A DNA stretch of 64,000 nt, taken from assembly GCF_009914755.1 (NCBI RefSeq), contig NC_060930.1; one strand, written 5' to 3'. This DNA comes from the human T2T-CHM13v2.0 reference genome, Homo sapiens. The number at the start of each line of letters is the position of its first letter. Position 1 is the stretch's first letter. The position numbers and the translations under genes were made by a program. The notes under the pieces were generated by a model, which had not been told where the DNA came from, did not search any database, and worked only from the letters and a program-made list of their open reading frames with translations. Below, piece by piece: positions 1 through 15,262 of the stretch.

Positions 1-780
1 CACAGAAGCCACCCTGAAGGAGCTCCCACTGCCCAAACCTGGGACAATTTAAGCTTCAAAGTAAATTAAATAATGTGTTATAAACCATTGAATAAAATAG
101 GAAACCATAAGTCCATACTCATGTAAATCAGCAAGTGGATAATTGAAGAAGTTTGGAGAAAAAGAAAATGTTTACATGATTTCAGAGTAGCTACTCCCAA
201 ATTCCTTCATAATGACAAAGGGAAAGAGTGTAATTTTACAGTGGAGACTGTTGGAAGACACTAACTTAAGCTAGTGACCAAGTGGTCAAAGTAAACACCG
301 TCAGTAATAGGACAAATGGACACAGCATCATTTTTATGATATTTCCCCCAGCAGGCATCACTTCGATCTAACCATGAGTATATACCAAAACAGACTCAAA
401 CCAAGAGACAATCTTTAAAATCATTTGCTCAAAATCTTCAAAACCACAAGTCATGGAAGCCCACGAAAGACTGAGAGGTTGCTCCAGACTGAAGGAAACC
501 AAAGAGACAAATGCTATGTGTGGTTCTGGAACAGATCTTTTTGCTATCAAAGATGTTATTAGAACAACTGACAAAACCTGAATGAGATTTGAAGATTAGA
601 TGGTAGAGATGTATCACGATTATTTTCCTGATTTTGGTAGTTGTAAGGTGATCAATGTAAGAGAATGTCTTGGTGTGTAGAAAATGCACACTAAATTATT
701 TGGGGTAATGGTTCAGACAAAAAAATTTCTACTGTACATGCATGTTTTATATAAGTTTGAGATCATTTCAAAATTTAAAT
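1..780 (+). mobile_element. Old L1 3' region (L1MC3/L1MC4-like)
   Basis: Motifs gagctcccactgcccaaacctgggacaattt, gtccatactcatgtaaat and ttttacagtggagac typical of L1MC 3' ends. Confidence 0.6.
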
Positions 781-1134
781 ATGTTTTTTAAAATATCCAT
801 AACAGTTATCATATATAAAAAAACTGTTTAAAAGATTTAATAGAAGAAATGACTCCATTTATAAGTTCAATAAAAAGGTAAACATAGCTAAAAATAAACT
901 TAGAGGAAAGAAGCCATATCTATATGAAGAAAACTTTGAAACAGTACCGAATTAAACAAAAGATTTATTTCTTGTTATATATCTTTTTGTCTTTTGAATT
1001 TTTGCCAATTGCATTTATTTTTTATTTAAGAATAAGTGAATAGAATTACAACAACAAAAACAGTGCATTGGAGAAAGTATTATCAGAACATGAATTGGAC
1101 CCCATTATTCTGATAATGAAAAAAAAATTTTTCA

Positions 1135-1420
<286 letters not shown>

Positions 1421-3406
1421 GGAAACTTCCAATTTGCTTTTTGAACCTAGTAGAAATCGCTATAAAGAAATCACTGTTAAATTTTTTTTAAATGGCACAG
1501 AAATGGATTCTGATTGTTAAATACATGATTGAACATGATGGAGACCCCTCATTGACTCGTGAGCACCTCAAGCTGGAAGTTCAAGGCCATCCATGATTCA
1601 ATTCAGTCAAGCTTAGGAGAAATGATTCACTCCCTTCCAGAAACCTCTGCAACACACTGGACGACCTCACTTAAGGGCTCATGCCACACCTTCTTACCTT
1701 CCTATAAGACTGAAAATTCCTTCAGGGCTGGGAAAATAAACTCTTGCCCATCATCCATTGCCACTTTCTGGGTCTTTGCACACAGGAAACATGTGACTGT
1801 GCGACTGTACGTTTCATTTTCATTTCTCTCTTGGTCCAAACTCAGGCCCAGACTGTCAAAAGTGCCTTGCCAATTAAGAACCAAGTTTTACGTATGTATT
1901 TTACTGAAGATGGGAGAAAAAGAAGAAGCAAAACAATAGTAATTTACTGCTTCTGATTTTTCAAAAGAGAATGCAAAAGTTTAAATCTTCAGGCCTGGGA
2001 TTGGAAGCGGTACTGCAAACCACAACCATTCCAGACATTTCCAAAGATAACTTGGCATTAATTTTGAAAACTGGCATTTTGGCAGCCACAGAGCTTTTAT
2101 TTATTTATTTTATTATTTTTACCTCTGTACCTATCAAATCTAGACTACCCAGATTTCACTCTTGAAGGGGAAAATAAAGAACTGTATGTACCCATGGCGT
2201 TGACTTGGGCTTAACTTTAAACCTGTTAAAGTATAGAATAAGGAGTGATACCTGACACAGTAGCAATCACGGCATAAATAACAGAGGCTGCAGTCCAGCC
2301 TCCTGGGGTGTGAGGGGGTGAAAGAAAAGGTACACGCTGTAACAAAGGAAGCCTGAAAGAATCTCACTTAAAGAAAATACATAATTACTCCCCAAGCACA
2401 TTGGAATAAGGATTGAGAATTAGGTGTGAAAAGTTTTAAGAGCATAAAAATGATTTTAGAAAGGAGAGTGCACCTTTCACTCTGTGGTAGAAGGTGGGGA
2501 ACATTCTGTTCTGCTGGCCGGGATGGAGCTGCTGGGAAGTGAGAACTCGCGGTACCAGCAGGGTGGCCACCTGCGCAGGTGGACGGGGATTCTGCCCCTG
2601 GGTCCTCCACACTCTCTCTGCTGGCCACGGGCACCCAGTATGGCTCTCTTGTCTTCCTCTCCTCTCACCCTACCCTGCCAGGTGGTATGACCTATGGCTG
2701 AGATGTGTCCCAGTCTCTGTCATGAAAAAAAATTATTTGTGAAACACCTACTCTACTTATTCCCCGAAGAATAACTGAGACAAAGAGTTGGTTGTACCCT
2801 TAAAATGTTTTCAATCCAGCTGGGGAGACACAGCGCACCCAAGCAGCTTTAGACACTGTCAGCCAGCAGGGACAGTGATGACAGGAGTCTCCAGTGGCAC
2901 TGAGGCTCGGGTGCTGAGATGCAGGTGCGTGCCCCTTCAGTGAACAAAGGAGGCTGAGAGCCCTTTAAGGGACAACCCTTCATCCAAAGTAACTGGCTTC
3001 AATTAATTAAATAATGTATTATTTTTCGCCAAGAGGCCAGAACAATTCTGGCATTGGTGCTCTGTTTATTGTGACCAAGATACCTGTAAAATATGGTCTC
3101 GGCCAGGGATTTTATTACTGTTTTCACTCACAATAAAAAATGTGTTTGACAAGAGTACCAAATACACACATACACAAGTCCCTGTACAACACCAGCTCAT
3201 TCTCCTCTCCCCTCCATTCCCACCCTCTCTCCTTCTCTCTTCTCCCCTTCCCCTCACCGTCTCCCTCCCCTTCTCTTCCATTCCATTCAGCTGCTTAAAA
3301 ACATAGTTAGGACTCAGTAAAAATAAATCGATTTCATAGCTCACAAATAGGTTGCTCTCCATAATTCAAAAAAATACTGGTTGAGCCCAATCCAAAATGT
3401 GATGGA

Positions 3407-3709
<303 letters not shown>

Positions 3710-5595
3710 GTGATGGAATTGAGGTCTCTTAGGATCCCTGCATATGTTTTGTGAGTGAAAGATAAAAGGAAGTTTTATTGAAGTTAGTTGAGATTGACTA
3801 AGGAATGTATTACATTAACAAAAGCTTAAAATCTTTTTTATGAAAAAAAAAAAATTCTGAAGAAAGACTCAGTTGTTCCTGGCAGTCTGAAGATGGCTGT
3901 GATCGCTGACGAGGCCCCAGGGAAGAGGCAGACAGATGAGAAGCACCGCCGCGTGGGCCCCAGACTGGCCCATCCCAAACAAGGGGTGAGGTCAGGACGT
4001 CGCAGGAATATCCAGACAGATGTGAAATGGCTGGACCGCAGCAGTGTTCATTTATGAATACAGTAACGTAGCTTTTCATGTAAAGTTTTTTTATTCCTTT
4101 ATCACAATTCATCTTCTTTGATACTTGGGCAATTTCTTTCTTCAATAACATGCAGAATTTCTTAACAAAACTAAAGCATTTTGCATAAAAATTACCCACC
4201 TTGTGCACCAGTCATTGTCTGAAGCAAGATAGTTTTATCCTTATATTTTCTATCATCTACAAAGTACCATTTGAATCAGTCCATTAAATTATTAAATTCA
4301 CGTTAAATAATGCTAAACATATCAATTACAAGTTTGAAATTGCCTTCTCATACTGTATACTGATATCACTAGTAGCTAGAGGAGAGCTTCTTATCAATGC
4401 AGATATGTAGAGTTTTATTTCTTTACATCTTTCCTCCTCTTTCATCCATACATTTTTGACAAGTGGCAACTTTCACAAATGTATGTCTCTATTCCATCAG
4501 AAAATGGTCATGGGCCTTCTACACAAATAGTGACTCCAACGACTGCAAGAATGTGCATGAAACAAATCTCTTCTCTAGAATCCTTCAGGCTAATGGGAGA
4601 AAGAGGGATCTAAAAATGATTGGAACAATCCTCATGCACCAGGGGGTATAGTAAGTGCCTGGCACACCACCCAGAGCCCTGGAGTTCTGGAGGAAAGAAC
4701 CTGTCTGCCCCTTGTGGGGATGGCCATGCTTCCTGGAGAAGGTAGAAATTCACAAGGGCCTCCAAGGATGCTTAAGGCCTACACAAAGACATAGTGGAGA
4801 ATGGGAGTTCTGGAAGAGAAGATATCATAAGCAATAATTAAAAGTAAGTATCAATTTTGCTGAATGATAAAGAGTGCAGAACCTGATGGACATAAGATAT
4901 TAAGACTTTACCAGTTGATAGCGCATTGCACATCTGTTTTACATCTCATTGGTACCTTCTCTGGGACCACAGTATGCTAGATTCTATTGCTGAAGGAGAA
5001 CATTTGTACTAAATTTTACTAGACAATAAAAGAAACATTGGCAAGTTCCCTACAGCCAGAAAGGACAGCAATGGTGCCACCTTTACTCAGTGAGAGGGAT
5101 CTGGCAGGAGGAACAGAGGGTGACTGTCGTGCCTCTCTGCACAGTTTTCTCTTGAACTTTCTTTTAGGAACACACCTGCCCTATCTATAGAAATGGGAGT
5201 GTCTGCCTTTGGGATATTTTGGCTGGGTTAACCGGGACAAGGTATTCTTTCCTGGCTGCGCAGGGATTGTGAGGGTGTTACCTTGAGCTGCACTTCATCT
5301 CATTGTCTGGGAGAACAATGGAGGCAGGAGAAGGAGCCCGGGTCCAGACCCTGGAGGTGGCTGCTTTCTGTACACTCCTCTGCTGTGGCCTCTCCCCAGG
5401 ACTTGCTGATAAACCGCCTTTCACTTAAGTTTATTCTCTTTGCGTGTTGCCACTTGCAACTGAGACTGACTGAGAGCCGGGAGGTATTCAGGCTATCTGG
5501 GGAGCTCTTCTAAAAGTCCCCCTTAGCCTTTTTCTATAAAGCTTTTGATTCACCCTAACTGAAGGGAAAAGTTCCATTAAAAAGACAATTTATTC

Positions 5596-5715
5596 CAGGT
5601 GCAGTGGCTCATGCCTGTAATCCCAGCATTTTGGGAGACAGAAGTGGGTGATTAGTTGGGCTCAAGAGTTCGAGACCAGCCTGGGCAACATAGCGAGACC
5701 TCATCTCTATTAAAA
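5596..5715 (+). mobile_element. FLAM/Alu left monomer
   Basis: Single Alu arm ending in an A-rich stretch. Confidence 0.85.
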
Positions 5716-8029
5716 TTTTTTTTTAAAGGAGAACTCAATCATTCAGTCACACATTCATTCAACAAAAAGTTTAAGAGCACTTAACATTTGCCAGGCTTTA
5801 GTCCAACTGCTAGAGGTACACAGGAAGAAAGCACAAAGAAGTTTCCAACTTTAATGAGAATATATTTTCATGGGGAGAGGCAGACAATAAAAGTAAGCAA
5901 AATAAGAAATTATCAGATGACACTTTGTTCTATGAGTTAAATGAAACACCCTCACTATGACTAGCAAGGCTATGCCTGTTCCTGAGACACCATGTGTCCA
6001 GCACTTAGCTTAGTGGATACTTGGCACATTTTTGATGTCTAGAATAGAATGGAATAGAAATATTTGGTAGTAGGGACACAGGATAACCCTCATGGATTTT
6101 CCTTTTTAAGTTCAAAGTCTAACTTGTTTTTTAACGATATTGCGTGTGGGTAGAGCTGTTCCCAGCACCTCTCTTGGATTTAATGAAATCTTGTAATTGA
6201 CAACATTTCACTTCCATGTTGTAATTCTTTTGCATTGTATTTTAGACAATCAAATAATGATGATCTTACAAATCTTAGAATCAGAGACTGAACAACAAAA
6301 ATGGGAGTAAGTAGGCAAATAAAGAACCTGCTATTAAGCATAGAGGGGTATGGATAAAATTAGCATGTTGTCAGTTAGGTATAGATTTTTCTTGTATGCC
6401 ATGACAAATTTATCTTCTCCATATACATTTTGACATTCATAATGAAGCTAAAAAAGACTCCTTTTAAGTTACTGTTATGTGGATATGTTAATTATTATTA
6501 TTATCGTGTAAGATAACAGCTGATGTTGACTCAGCCCCAGTGATTTTAGGCTGAATCACTAAAATCTGTTGGGCCCTGAGTAAAATCAGGCCTCTCACCA
6601 TCTTTGTATACCTAAATCTCAAGCCACAGGTGATTCTACATTGAAAACAGGAGACTAGGCCGTGACTACAATCAAAATGTTCCAATTCACTTCAAGTTAA
6701 GAAAAAAATGGCTTCAATATAGCTCAAAGCCAAGAGTTTGCTAACCCTTGGGGTAGGGTGATTTGCCTTGAATCGCAACATATTCCTACCTGGAGACACC
6801 AGAGCCTTTGCCAAGGTTTCAAAGAATATTCTAGAACCTGAGTCTTCCTGGACTCGCCTGACTCTGGCTACCACTTCACACGCACTCACTCTGGTTTATG
6901 CCACCAAAGCCCATATGTGAAACTCAGACCCTTCACGGGTTTTTCATTTACAAAGCCTCTCTGAATCACTCAAGAATTTGGTAAACTTGACAGAGCACTA
7001 GACTCACACAGAGAGTCACGTCTTCCACCACACACCACACCAGCTCACAATAACTGACAGCTGTTCCTGGGCTCTGCAGTCCCCACCAGCCACCCTGCAG
7101 CAGGGCCCTCCTCGGGCTGTGCGCCATGCCATCCTCCTGTCCCCACCTTCCCCACACGCTCTCCTGGAGCAATCAAACCCTGTGCACCGGAAGCCTTGGA
7201 ATCGCACCCTCTGCTGTCAGCACACATCGAAGCATTGTCCCAAACAGATAGTTCCCTTGGTGAGAGATAGGCTGGAGCCAAATGTGAAGATAACTGAAAG
7301 TTCTCTATCTTGTTACAGAACCTGTTACTTTAAGATGAGATTTATCATTCTGTGGCAAGAGGGTGACATAAAGTTACACTTGTCCCTTTCTACTTCACAG
7401 TTAGTCCAGGCCAGCCCCAAATAAGACCAGCAAGTGGATGTCATTATGCCACATTGATGCAGAAAAATAAAGAAGGTTGGAAATCAAAATCACAATAGCA
7501 CGAAAAAGCAGTTTGGGAAAGATAGCAGATTCCTTCTCTTCTTGAGCTGAACTTACGGACTTTCCTAGGCAGAGATTTCTCAATCTGGTAAGCTTTTCTC
7601 AAACAGAAGTAAAGAAACCCACACTACCAGCAAACTGTACCTCAGGACGGTATAACTTGGTGATGGTCCATCTTTCTTCTTAATACCGTCTCCTTCAGCG
7701 TCCTCAAAGCAAGCACAATACACCACTTAAATGAACAAGCACCAAATTCAACATCCATGGTAGAGAGGGATAATTATATTTGTGAGTCAAAATTAAGCAC
7801 AGACTTCTATTATGGGTAAAATCTAGTTCATTTGTCAAGATTCTATATCTGAATTTTAAGTGTTCCCATGAAGGCACCTGGATTTTTTATGAATATAAGG
7901 TTTGTGATATTCAGACATATTTATAGAAAATCAAACACCTTCATTGATGAGTTCCAATGACTAATAAAGAACATTAAACAAATTATTAAAATAAAAAGTG
8001 GTCTGTAGGATTTGTGCCTCCAATAAATG

Positions 8030-8520
8030 AGGGTCTATGTCCACTAAAGGCATGTACAAAAATGTTGCATAGCAGTTTTATTTGGAGTAGCCCCAAAGTT
8101 GAAACTACTCAAATGTCCACCAATAGTAGAAAAAACAAGTAAATTGTGGAATAGTGATACAACAGAATATTACTTAGCACTTAAAAAGAGCAAGCTACTG
8201 CAACAATGAAGCTGAATCCCACAGATTAAAGTTTGAAGAAAAGAACCCAGGTAACGAAGATGTGCTTTTCCATTCCTACAGAAGAGTCCCAGAGCAGGCA
8301 AATGAATTGATGACAGAGGTCAGAAGGGTGAACAATGGTTACCTGTGGGAAGGGACCTGATGAGGCAAGGGGCACAGGAAGCCTTCTGGAATGCTGGAAA
8401 TGGCTTACATCTTGGTGTTTATTTATGTTAAAATCCACTGAGCTTTTCCCGTAAAATTCACCTAAGCTGTTTAGCTCAGAAAGAGCCCTTTCTAAAATCA
8501 TCACACCTCAATGAAAAAGA
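8030..8520 (+). mobile_element. L1ME-like 3' fragment
   Basis: catgtacaaaaatgttgcatagcagt...gaaactactcaaatgtccaccaatagtaga resembles L1 ORF2 end/3' UTR. Confidence 0.6.
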
Positions 8521-8629
8521 AAAATGTTGTCATGTAAATAAAATCCAAATTTATATAATTATGAATGATATTAAATTAAGGATTTTAGTTGTCAACATTT
8601 TGCACCTTTAGGCAGACATTTTGCCATGG

Positions 8630-9180
8630 CATAAGGGAAGAATAATCAGAGTTTATTACTACTTCTCTTTACAGTGGAGAAGTCTAGCAGAAATTTTCTT
8701 AACCAAGCGATCAAACTTAATGTCACCACGACAGGACCTGCTGACATCAGGTGCTTTCCAATGGGATGCATCGAGAATGGCACAGTGCCACCTATGTGGT
8801 ATCTTTGTCCAAAATATTTAACTTGAGTCTAATCACTAAGAAGCATCATATGAATCCAAATTTGGGATTTCTGAAAGTGGCCTAGATGCTTCAAAAATGT
8901 CAATGTCCTGGAGTTTTTTTAGATTAAAAAAATGACGACTCAACATATGTGTGATTCCCGATTGGATCCTGGATTGAGAAACCAGCTAGGCTATTACTGG
9001 GGACATTTGAATATGTGCTCCCACTAGATAATAACGTTATATCATTGTTAAGCATTCTTAGAATAGGTGTTGAATTGTGGTCATGTACAGGAATATCTTG
9101 CCCTTAGAAAATAAATCTAAAGTATTTAGATTATCAAAATGTTTATAAATAACTCTGAAGTACTTCAGCCAAGAATAATA
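8630..9180 (+). mobile_element. L1MC4/5-like 3' fragment
   Basis: tacagtggagaagtctagcag...aaccaagcgatcaaacttaat motif shared with the element at 1-780. Confidence 0.55.
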
Positions 9181-9259
9181 ATAATTCTGTGTGCCAGAGA
9201 AGAATAAGAAAAGGAGGAGGAGGTGGAGGAGGAGAAAAAGAAAATGTAACAACATGTTT

Positions 9260-9660
9260 GTGATGGGTATTCCATGAGAGTGAGATGGATCTCCCACCCA
9301 AAATTTCATTCAGATGTCAACTCTGATGACACACGCACCAAGAGGACATAAACCGGTTTATTACTCAGAGTGAGGCTTTCTACGCAGAGGAGGGCTAGCT
9401 CCGAGTGTGTCTGAAAATGGCTTGAAAGCAGGGATACAGGCTTGGGGCCTGCTGTGGTTGGGAGCTGGAGCTGGGTAAGGGTTCTTGTTCATTGGCCAAG
9501 ACTTGTGTGGGCTGAACTCCCCATTAGCACCAAGGGAAGGAGCACGTGGGCTTTCTCCCCAGCTGGCCCAGGTATGAAGCAGAAGGGGAAGGGGAACATG
9601 TTTCTGCTTCTCTCTCACCCATTCATACCAGGCATTAGCACCTTAAAATTATGTCCTGAA
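9260..9660 (-). mobile_element. ERVL-class solo LTR (MER54/MER74 group; family uncertain)
   Basis: cccaaaatttcattcagatgtc...cacacgcaccaagagg...ggtttattactca resembles the reverse of an LTR U5/poly(A) region. Confidence 0.4.
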
Positions 9661-10559
9661 GAAAAATGCTTTTACAAATATGTGCTGCTGTGGCATGTTT
9701 AATCTCATAGCAGATTTTATTTCATGAATAAAAAACTTTCACAACTGAATATAAATATTTCTTCTTGTCTATAGTCATTTACAAGTAGAAATATTATAGT
9801 TTCTATTAAATAAGATACTTGTTAATTCAAGTTGCCTCACTTACAAAAACATTCATAATGTCACTCAACAAGAAATGCTCACATGCCCATTAGGTGCCAG
9901 GTACACTGGTAGGAGCAGGGACAAAACGGTACAAGGCAGGGGTTATCAACTCCCACACGGTGGAAATGTCACAGTTAAGACACCACCACTCCCACTCTTT
10001 GAGAGCCAACATTCTGACTGACAAATTGAGGAATCTCGAAATATATAAAATGTGCGAAAGTCACGACACTCAGAGTTACCATTGTGGTTATGAGAACTCA
10101 AGAGTAATACATATACCAATTACAATTCTCACAAATCTCCTCAGAAAGAACATTCATGTCCTATTTTAAAATAATACACATTTTAAAATAACACAATTCA
10201 TTCTCTGTCACTACTTAAATTCCTCAATGTTTATTCTACAGCAAAATCACAAACCTGCGCCTATGTATTGTTACTGAGATGGATGTAATGCAACACCGCC
10301 CATCCCAACATCCACCTTAAGCAGAGAGCAGGAGAAGAAAAAAAGTTGTCTTATGAATCCTAAAATCCATCATAGGTGTAATCACCCTACAGCTGGGACT
10401 TTCTACATTTCAAATACTCTATCCCACTCTTTTGAGAAATATGCTTATACTTACCAAATATCCCAACTTGGGATTTTCAAAATGTAGTGTCTGTACTCAT
10501 GACAGATCAAACTGCATAAGAAAATTACAGCAGGTATGGACAAATGGCCTTCGGTAGAG

Positions 10560-11020
10560 TTCAAATAGTTATCATTTCTTTGACTCAACTTCCATATCTA
10601 GGAATTTACCAACATATACATGTATACATGTGTTGAGAAAGTACTGTGTGGTTGCTTATGAAAGCTTTATTTATAAAAGCAAGAGACTAGTATTTTGAAT
10701 GTCATTCAATAGGGTTTAGTTAAATCAATTATGGCACATTGTACCACGGAATATTATACAGGCAATGAAGGTAGTTTTATATATGCTGATACATTTCCAG
10801 GACACAGGTAAGTGGATAAAGCAAAGTATAAGGGGAACAGTTTAACAGGATACTTGTGTCTGTATATGAAAGGGATGTTACATATATCACCCTGCATGTG
10901 CTCAGGAAATTTCTGGTTGGCTTCATAAGAACCAGGGTCACGTAGGTGACATTTGGGGTTGGAGGAGGACTTACTGTACATCTTCTCATGACCATTGACT
11001 ATTGTTGCCATGTGTGTATA
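10560..11020 (+). mobile_element. L1ME-like fragment
   Basis: ctcaacttccatatctaggaattta and aaatcaattatggcacatt L1 3' motifs. Confidence 0.5.
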
Positions 11021-13334
11021 ATATACTTGCATGTATCTATATGATACATGCAATATATAATATCAAGATATTGGTCATCGTGATTGCTACCTTGTATTCA
11101 TCAAGGAAGGAAAGGGAAAGTCAAAGAGCTCTTAAGAATTTCATGTCACGGTTGGGCAGTTCTTTTTATTAAAAGTGCTCCTCCTGCTAACAGGTGAAGA
11201 TAATTTCTGCTTGCCTGAGAAACGTTTGTTCCATCTGTATTATTTAAGCTAGCCATAGAAGTGACAGGAGGTGGCATTGTTACATAACTTTCACCTCTGT
11301 TTATTTGAAATTCTGTTTTCCCCTGGAGTGGAGGGTCAGGTGCATGTTTGTTGGGGAGCAAGAGTTGGCAAACAGACATATAAATGTAGGTAAATATAGG
11401 CCATTTACAACATAAAGAAGAGTCCCTGCTGTACTCTAGATCAAAAGGTGCTCTACATTATTGAACTGTGATGCTTTAGAGCTTCTGCCAGTACTAAAAA
11501 GAGAGTATCCTCCCAGTTAGTGGCTTCTCAAATAATCCAGTTTTTAGGTAACTTCCTCTCCCCACACTTTCAGATGAATAATTACCCCTCATTTGGTTCC
11601 TTTGTCAGTTATCATTTAGATTGAAGTCCAGTTATGGTTTATGTTCATTTCTTCCCAAAATCATAATCAAAGTCACAGAAATTGGACCACCAAGGCCATC
11701 TAATTCAACCTGAGGGGAGGAGAGAGGCACATGGGGTGACTTTGTCTTTCAGATGTCGGTCATTTTCTTTCCCACTTGAATCAAAAAGGCAGGGGCAGGT
11801 CCAAAGATGAGTGAGGACTGAGGCCTCTGTTCCATTCTGCAGGCTTCATTCTTGAGCTCCTTTTCTCCTCAAAGTCCCCTCCTTCACCTTCTTTGGCCCA
11901 CTGGATGGTAATGGCCTTTCTGGTTTGAAGCCAAAGAAACTATCACAAGAACTTTAAAAAATGTCTAAACGATAACCACCTTTGCCATCAAACTTCTGTA
12001 AAAATGCATGCTTGTATGACTGTTTGTTTGTCTTTAACATTGATTTCCTCTTCCGAGGGCCATGCCCATTTTTTAATATCAATGATGTAAATCACCCTTT
12101 GAGAGATATTTTTGTAAGCTATTTTAGAGATAGGCGATCTGAGAAATTCTATTAGAAACATTAATCTGTTGGAAAGATCAATCCAGCTGATGGTGGGGGT
12201 TAGGTAGATGTAGGTCAGTTAGCAACATACACATTCACTTTTAACTAGTTTTAGAGACATAAAATTGATGCTATTTCCCATACCCAGTTTCAGGCTCTCC
12301 CAATGCTAACTACCCATTATTAATACAGGAAAGCTACAAAATCTTGGTGTTATTGTAATGTCAGAGAGGTAGAGTTATGTGGTTATTGAAAACCATATGT
12401 TCACTCAGTCACTGTTTCATCTGACCACATCATAGCTACCCATATTTCACTATGGCTCAAGAAATTGAAGGAACGCGTGAGTCGGTCATGCCCAAATGTC
12501 CCCTAGATTCATTCAGTCCCAGAGTCTCCCCTTTGGGTGGTTTTAAGCACTACCAAGGCAAGAACCCAGAAAACTGGGCTGGGGAGGATCTTAACCAATT
12601 TCATCCAAAACAGAAACTACTTACTTTTAAAACACTCATGAGATTAATTTAATGTAATAATATACCACTTACGTAATTTCCTAACCTAAAACCATCTTGA
12701 AAGACATGGAGGTTAAAACTAGAAGACAAAGCAAGATAGTCCAATTAGGGTGACATTGGGGAGAGGGGAGAATAGAGATAGATTTCAGAGAAGCTACAGG
12801 TACTAAGAGAACAGGTTTCTAACTACAGTGTAACTGGAAAAATACAGTCAGTATTACTTCTTCGGTGTATAGTAACTAATAAGATATCTTGTGATTAAAC
12901 CAAACTCTTTAAGTAAATACTAATTCTTTGAAAAAAGACTAATATAAAAAGAATGTGAAGAGAATGAAAAAAATTTTCAAGTACTTTCTTATTAGTTATA
13001 AGATCAATAAATACAACTATTCGGGGTTTTCATCAAAGAGTCCTCCCATACAGCTTTCCACATGTCCATTCAGTTATAATCAACCAAACATTGTAACACA
13101 ATCTTATGTCCAAGTTCAAAGCAATTAAGAAAAGAAGAAACAAAACAAAACAAAACAAAAATTGTCATTGGCATAGTCCATTTGCACACCAATTTTCTTT
13201 AAGTTACAAAGGAAAAATGTTTATAAGTTTAACATTTTATGCTAATATCTTCCATCAGTATAGACTGCACACATGTTGGACACAGAGCCAGCTGCTGCCC
13301 ACAAGAGGAATGTATCCTAATCACAATTTTACAG

Positions 13335-13360
13335 ACACACACACACACACACACACACAC
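13335..13360. repeat. (CA)n microsatellite
   Basis: About 13 CA units. Confidence 0.95.
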
Positions 13361-15254
13361 GAGTACATGTGTCAAATAACTTCAATGGACATCCAAGGAA
13401 ACATTCAGTCTAAGCTAGGATAATGTACTTCATCTTTCCTTTTGCCTAGTTAAATTAAGCAGGCCGGATCTATTAAGGTCAGGGAGGAAACCAAAACCAT
13501 CTGAGTGTGTACACAATGACCCATTTACTATCCTACGTTCATCAGCATAAGGAATCTTCTAATGAGAATCTATTAACAATAGAGGGGCCACACAGCACAA
13601 TAGCCAGGAAGTATCAGCACAGGACCTGAAATGAGCACTTAGCAGTTGTGGCCAGAGACCACGAGCACTCTGGCATGGATTGGTGGTAGGGAAGGAGGTG
13701 AACAGGACCGAAGGGCTTTAGTTCTCATGTTCAAAGTTCCCACCACACTCCTCTCTAGGCAGCCTATATGCCTATCAGCTATTTAAAACTTCAAGTCAAA
13801 CCAGCCTGCCAACGTGCCATCTTAAAATCATTGACTACCACTGAAAGTTAATTTCCAGTCGCCTTCATTTCATACATGCTATAATATACTCTCAATGGTT
13901 GAAATGAGCAAACACATAAACCTTCCAAGTTGTTGGCACTTAAAAGATGACCCCTCTGATGTTCCATCCAGGTCAGCAACACCAACATATATACTTTTCT
14001 CTGTTTTACAGTGTGTGTACAGTCACATTTGGCTTAGAGGCCCAAAGGGGTAAAAAACAACAGCACTGAGTTTGAGAGGCAGAGAAAATGCAGTTTCTTA
14101 ATCATGGGTAAGGGGTTATGTGTCATGAACAGCTGTCACTCAAACACTGCCAGCTACCTGGCCTCCCGGTTTCCCATTGTGAAAGCGTGCACAGCCGTGT
14201 ATTCATATAGCCATATACCACAGACATCCACCAGAAATGCACAGATGTGCTCCCGCCACTGCAGGCATGGGCCATGGTTTCCATTTCCCAAAGAAATACA
14301 TTCCCAACTCCATGGTAGTGGAGTGTTCACCCTTCAATGGTTTCTACAGTTACATATTCTCAGACAATTACCAAGTAGCATTTTTAGTTGCCAAATACAA
14401 AGGATATAATAAAATCTTTAGACATTTTTATGCTAAAAAAAACTGTACAACAAATCATTTTGAAATTATGATAATCTCTGAGTACTATGGATATAGGTAC
14501 TTACTGTTGACTATTCTGACTTGCAAAATATCCTCTGTAGACTCTTACTACCTGGGGAATGTGGGAATTACTTGCTACTGGTAGTACAGACTTCCATAGC
14601 ATAGATTTTTTTTAATCCTAATACCAAATATTTCCACCAAAGAGATGAAAAATGTTTGCTGAAATACAATTCTTATTTCTTTTCATAGCTGGCAGTCATA
14701 CATTTATTAATTATTAAAATAGCATTAAAAATATTAAGGTTGTTATTTACCATAATAATGGTTTCAGTTCCCATAGACTTCGTCTGCTCTTAACCAAAAG
14801 AAAAGCCTATGTACCTTTACAGAGCGACCCGAGGTCAAAACCAAATGCTGCGTATGGAGCTGATGAATTTGACAGACACTCATGGTGATATTGAATTATT
14901 TCCCCCAAAGATGGAGAAATACAACCATACAAATAAAGTCACCTGCAGTGCTTGAATTTCTTACCAAATGCCATTTTTTTTTTCAGTAAAAGTAACTTAA
15001 GAAATGCCCTAGCTCTGATCTAAAATCATAACTGAGCAGAGAAAGTCAAAGCCTGCAGTTACTGAAATACCCCTTTTGAGGTAAGCGGTGGGATTCTTCT
15101 CAACTCCTTCCAGTGTAACCAAAATGCCCTTTCCGGGCATGGCCGGAACCCGTCCTTTGTTTGGAAACGGACGCAAGCCATGCTGAAGGTTCCCAGTGCA
15201 CACAAAGACTCATGTTTTCTGGGTGGAAGGACTTCTGTGACTTGGTGTTTCTTG

Positions 15255-15262
15255 TGACGTCA
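15255..15262. promoter_or_regulatory. Perfect palindromic CRE (TGACGTCA) in intron 1
   Basis: Exact 8-mer with its CpG retained, in a locally CpG-enriched unique stretch (15080-15400). Confidence 0.55.
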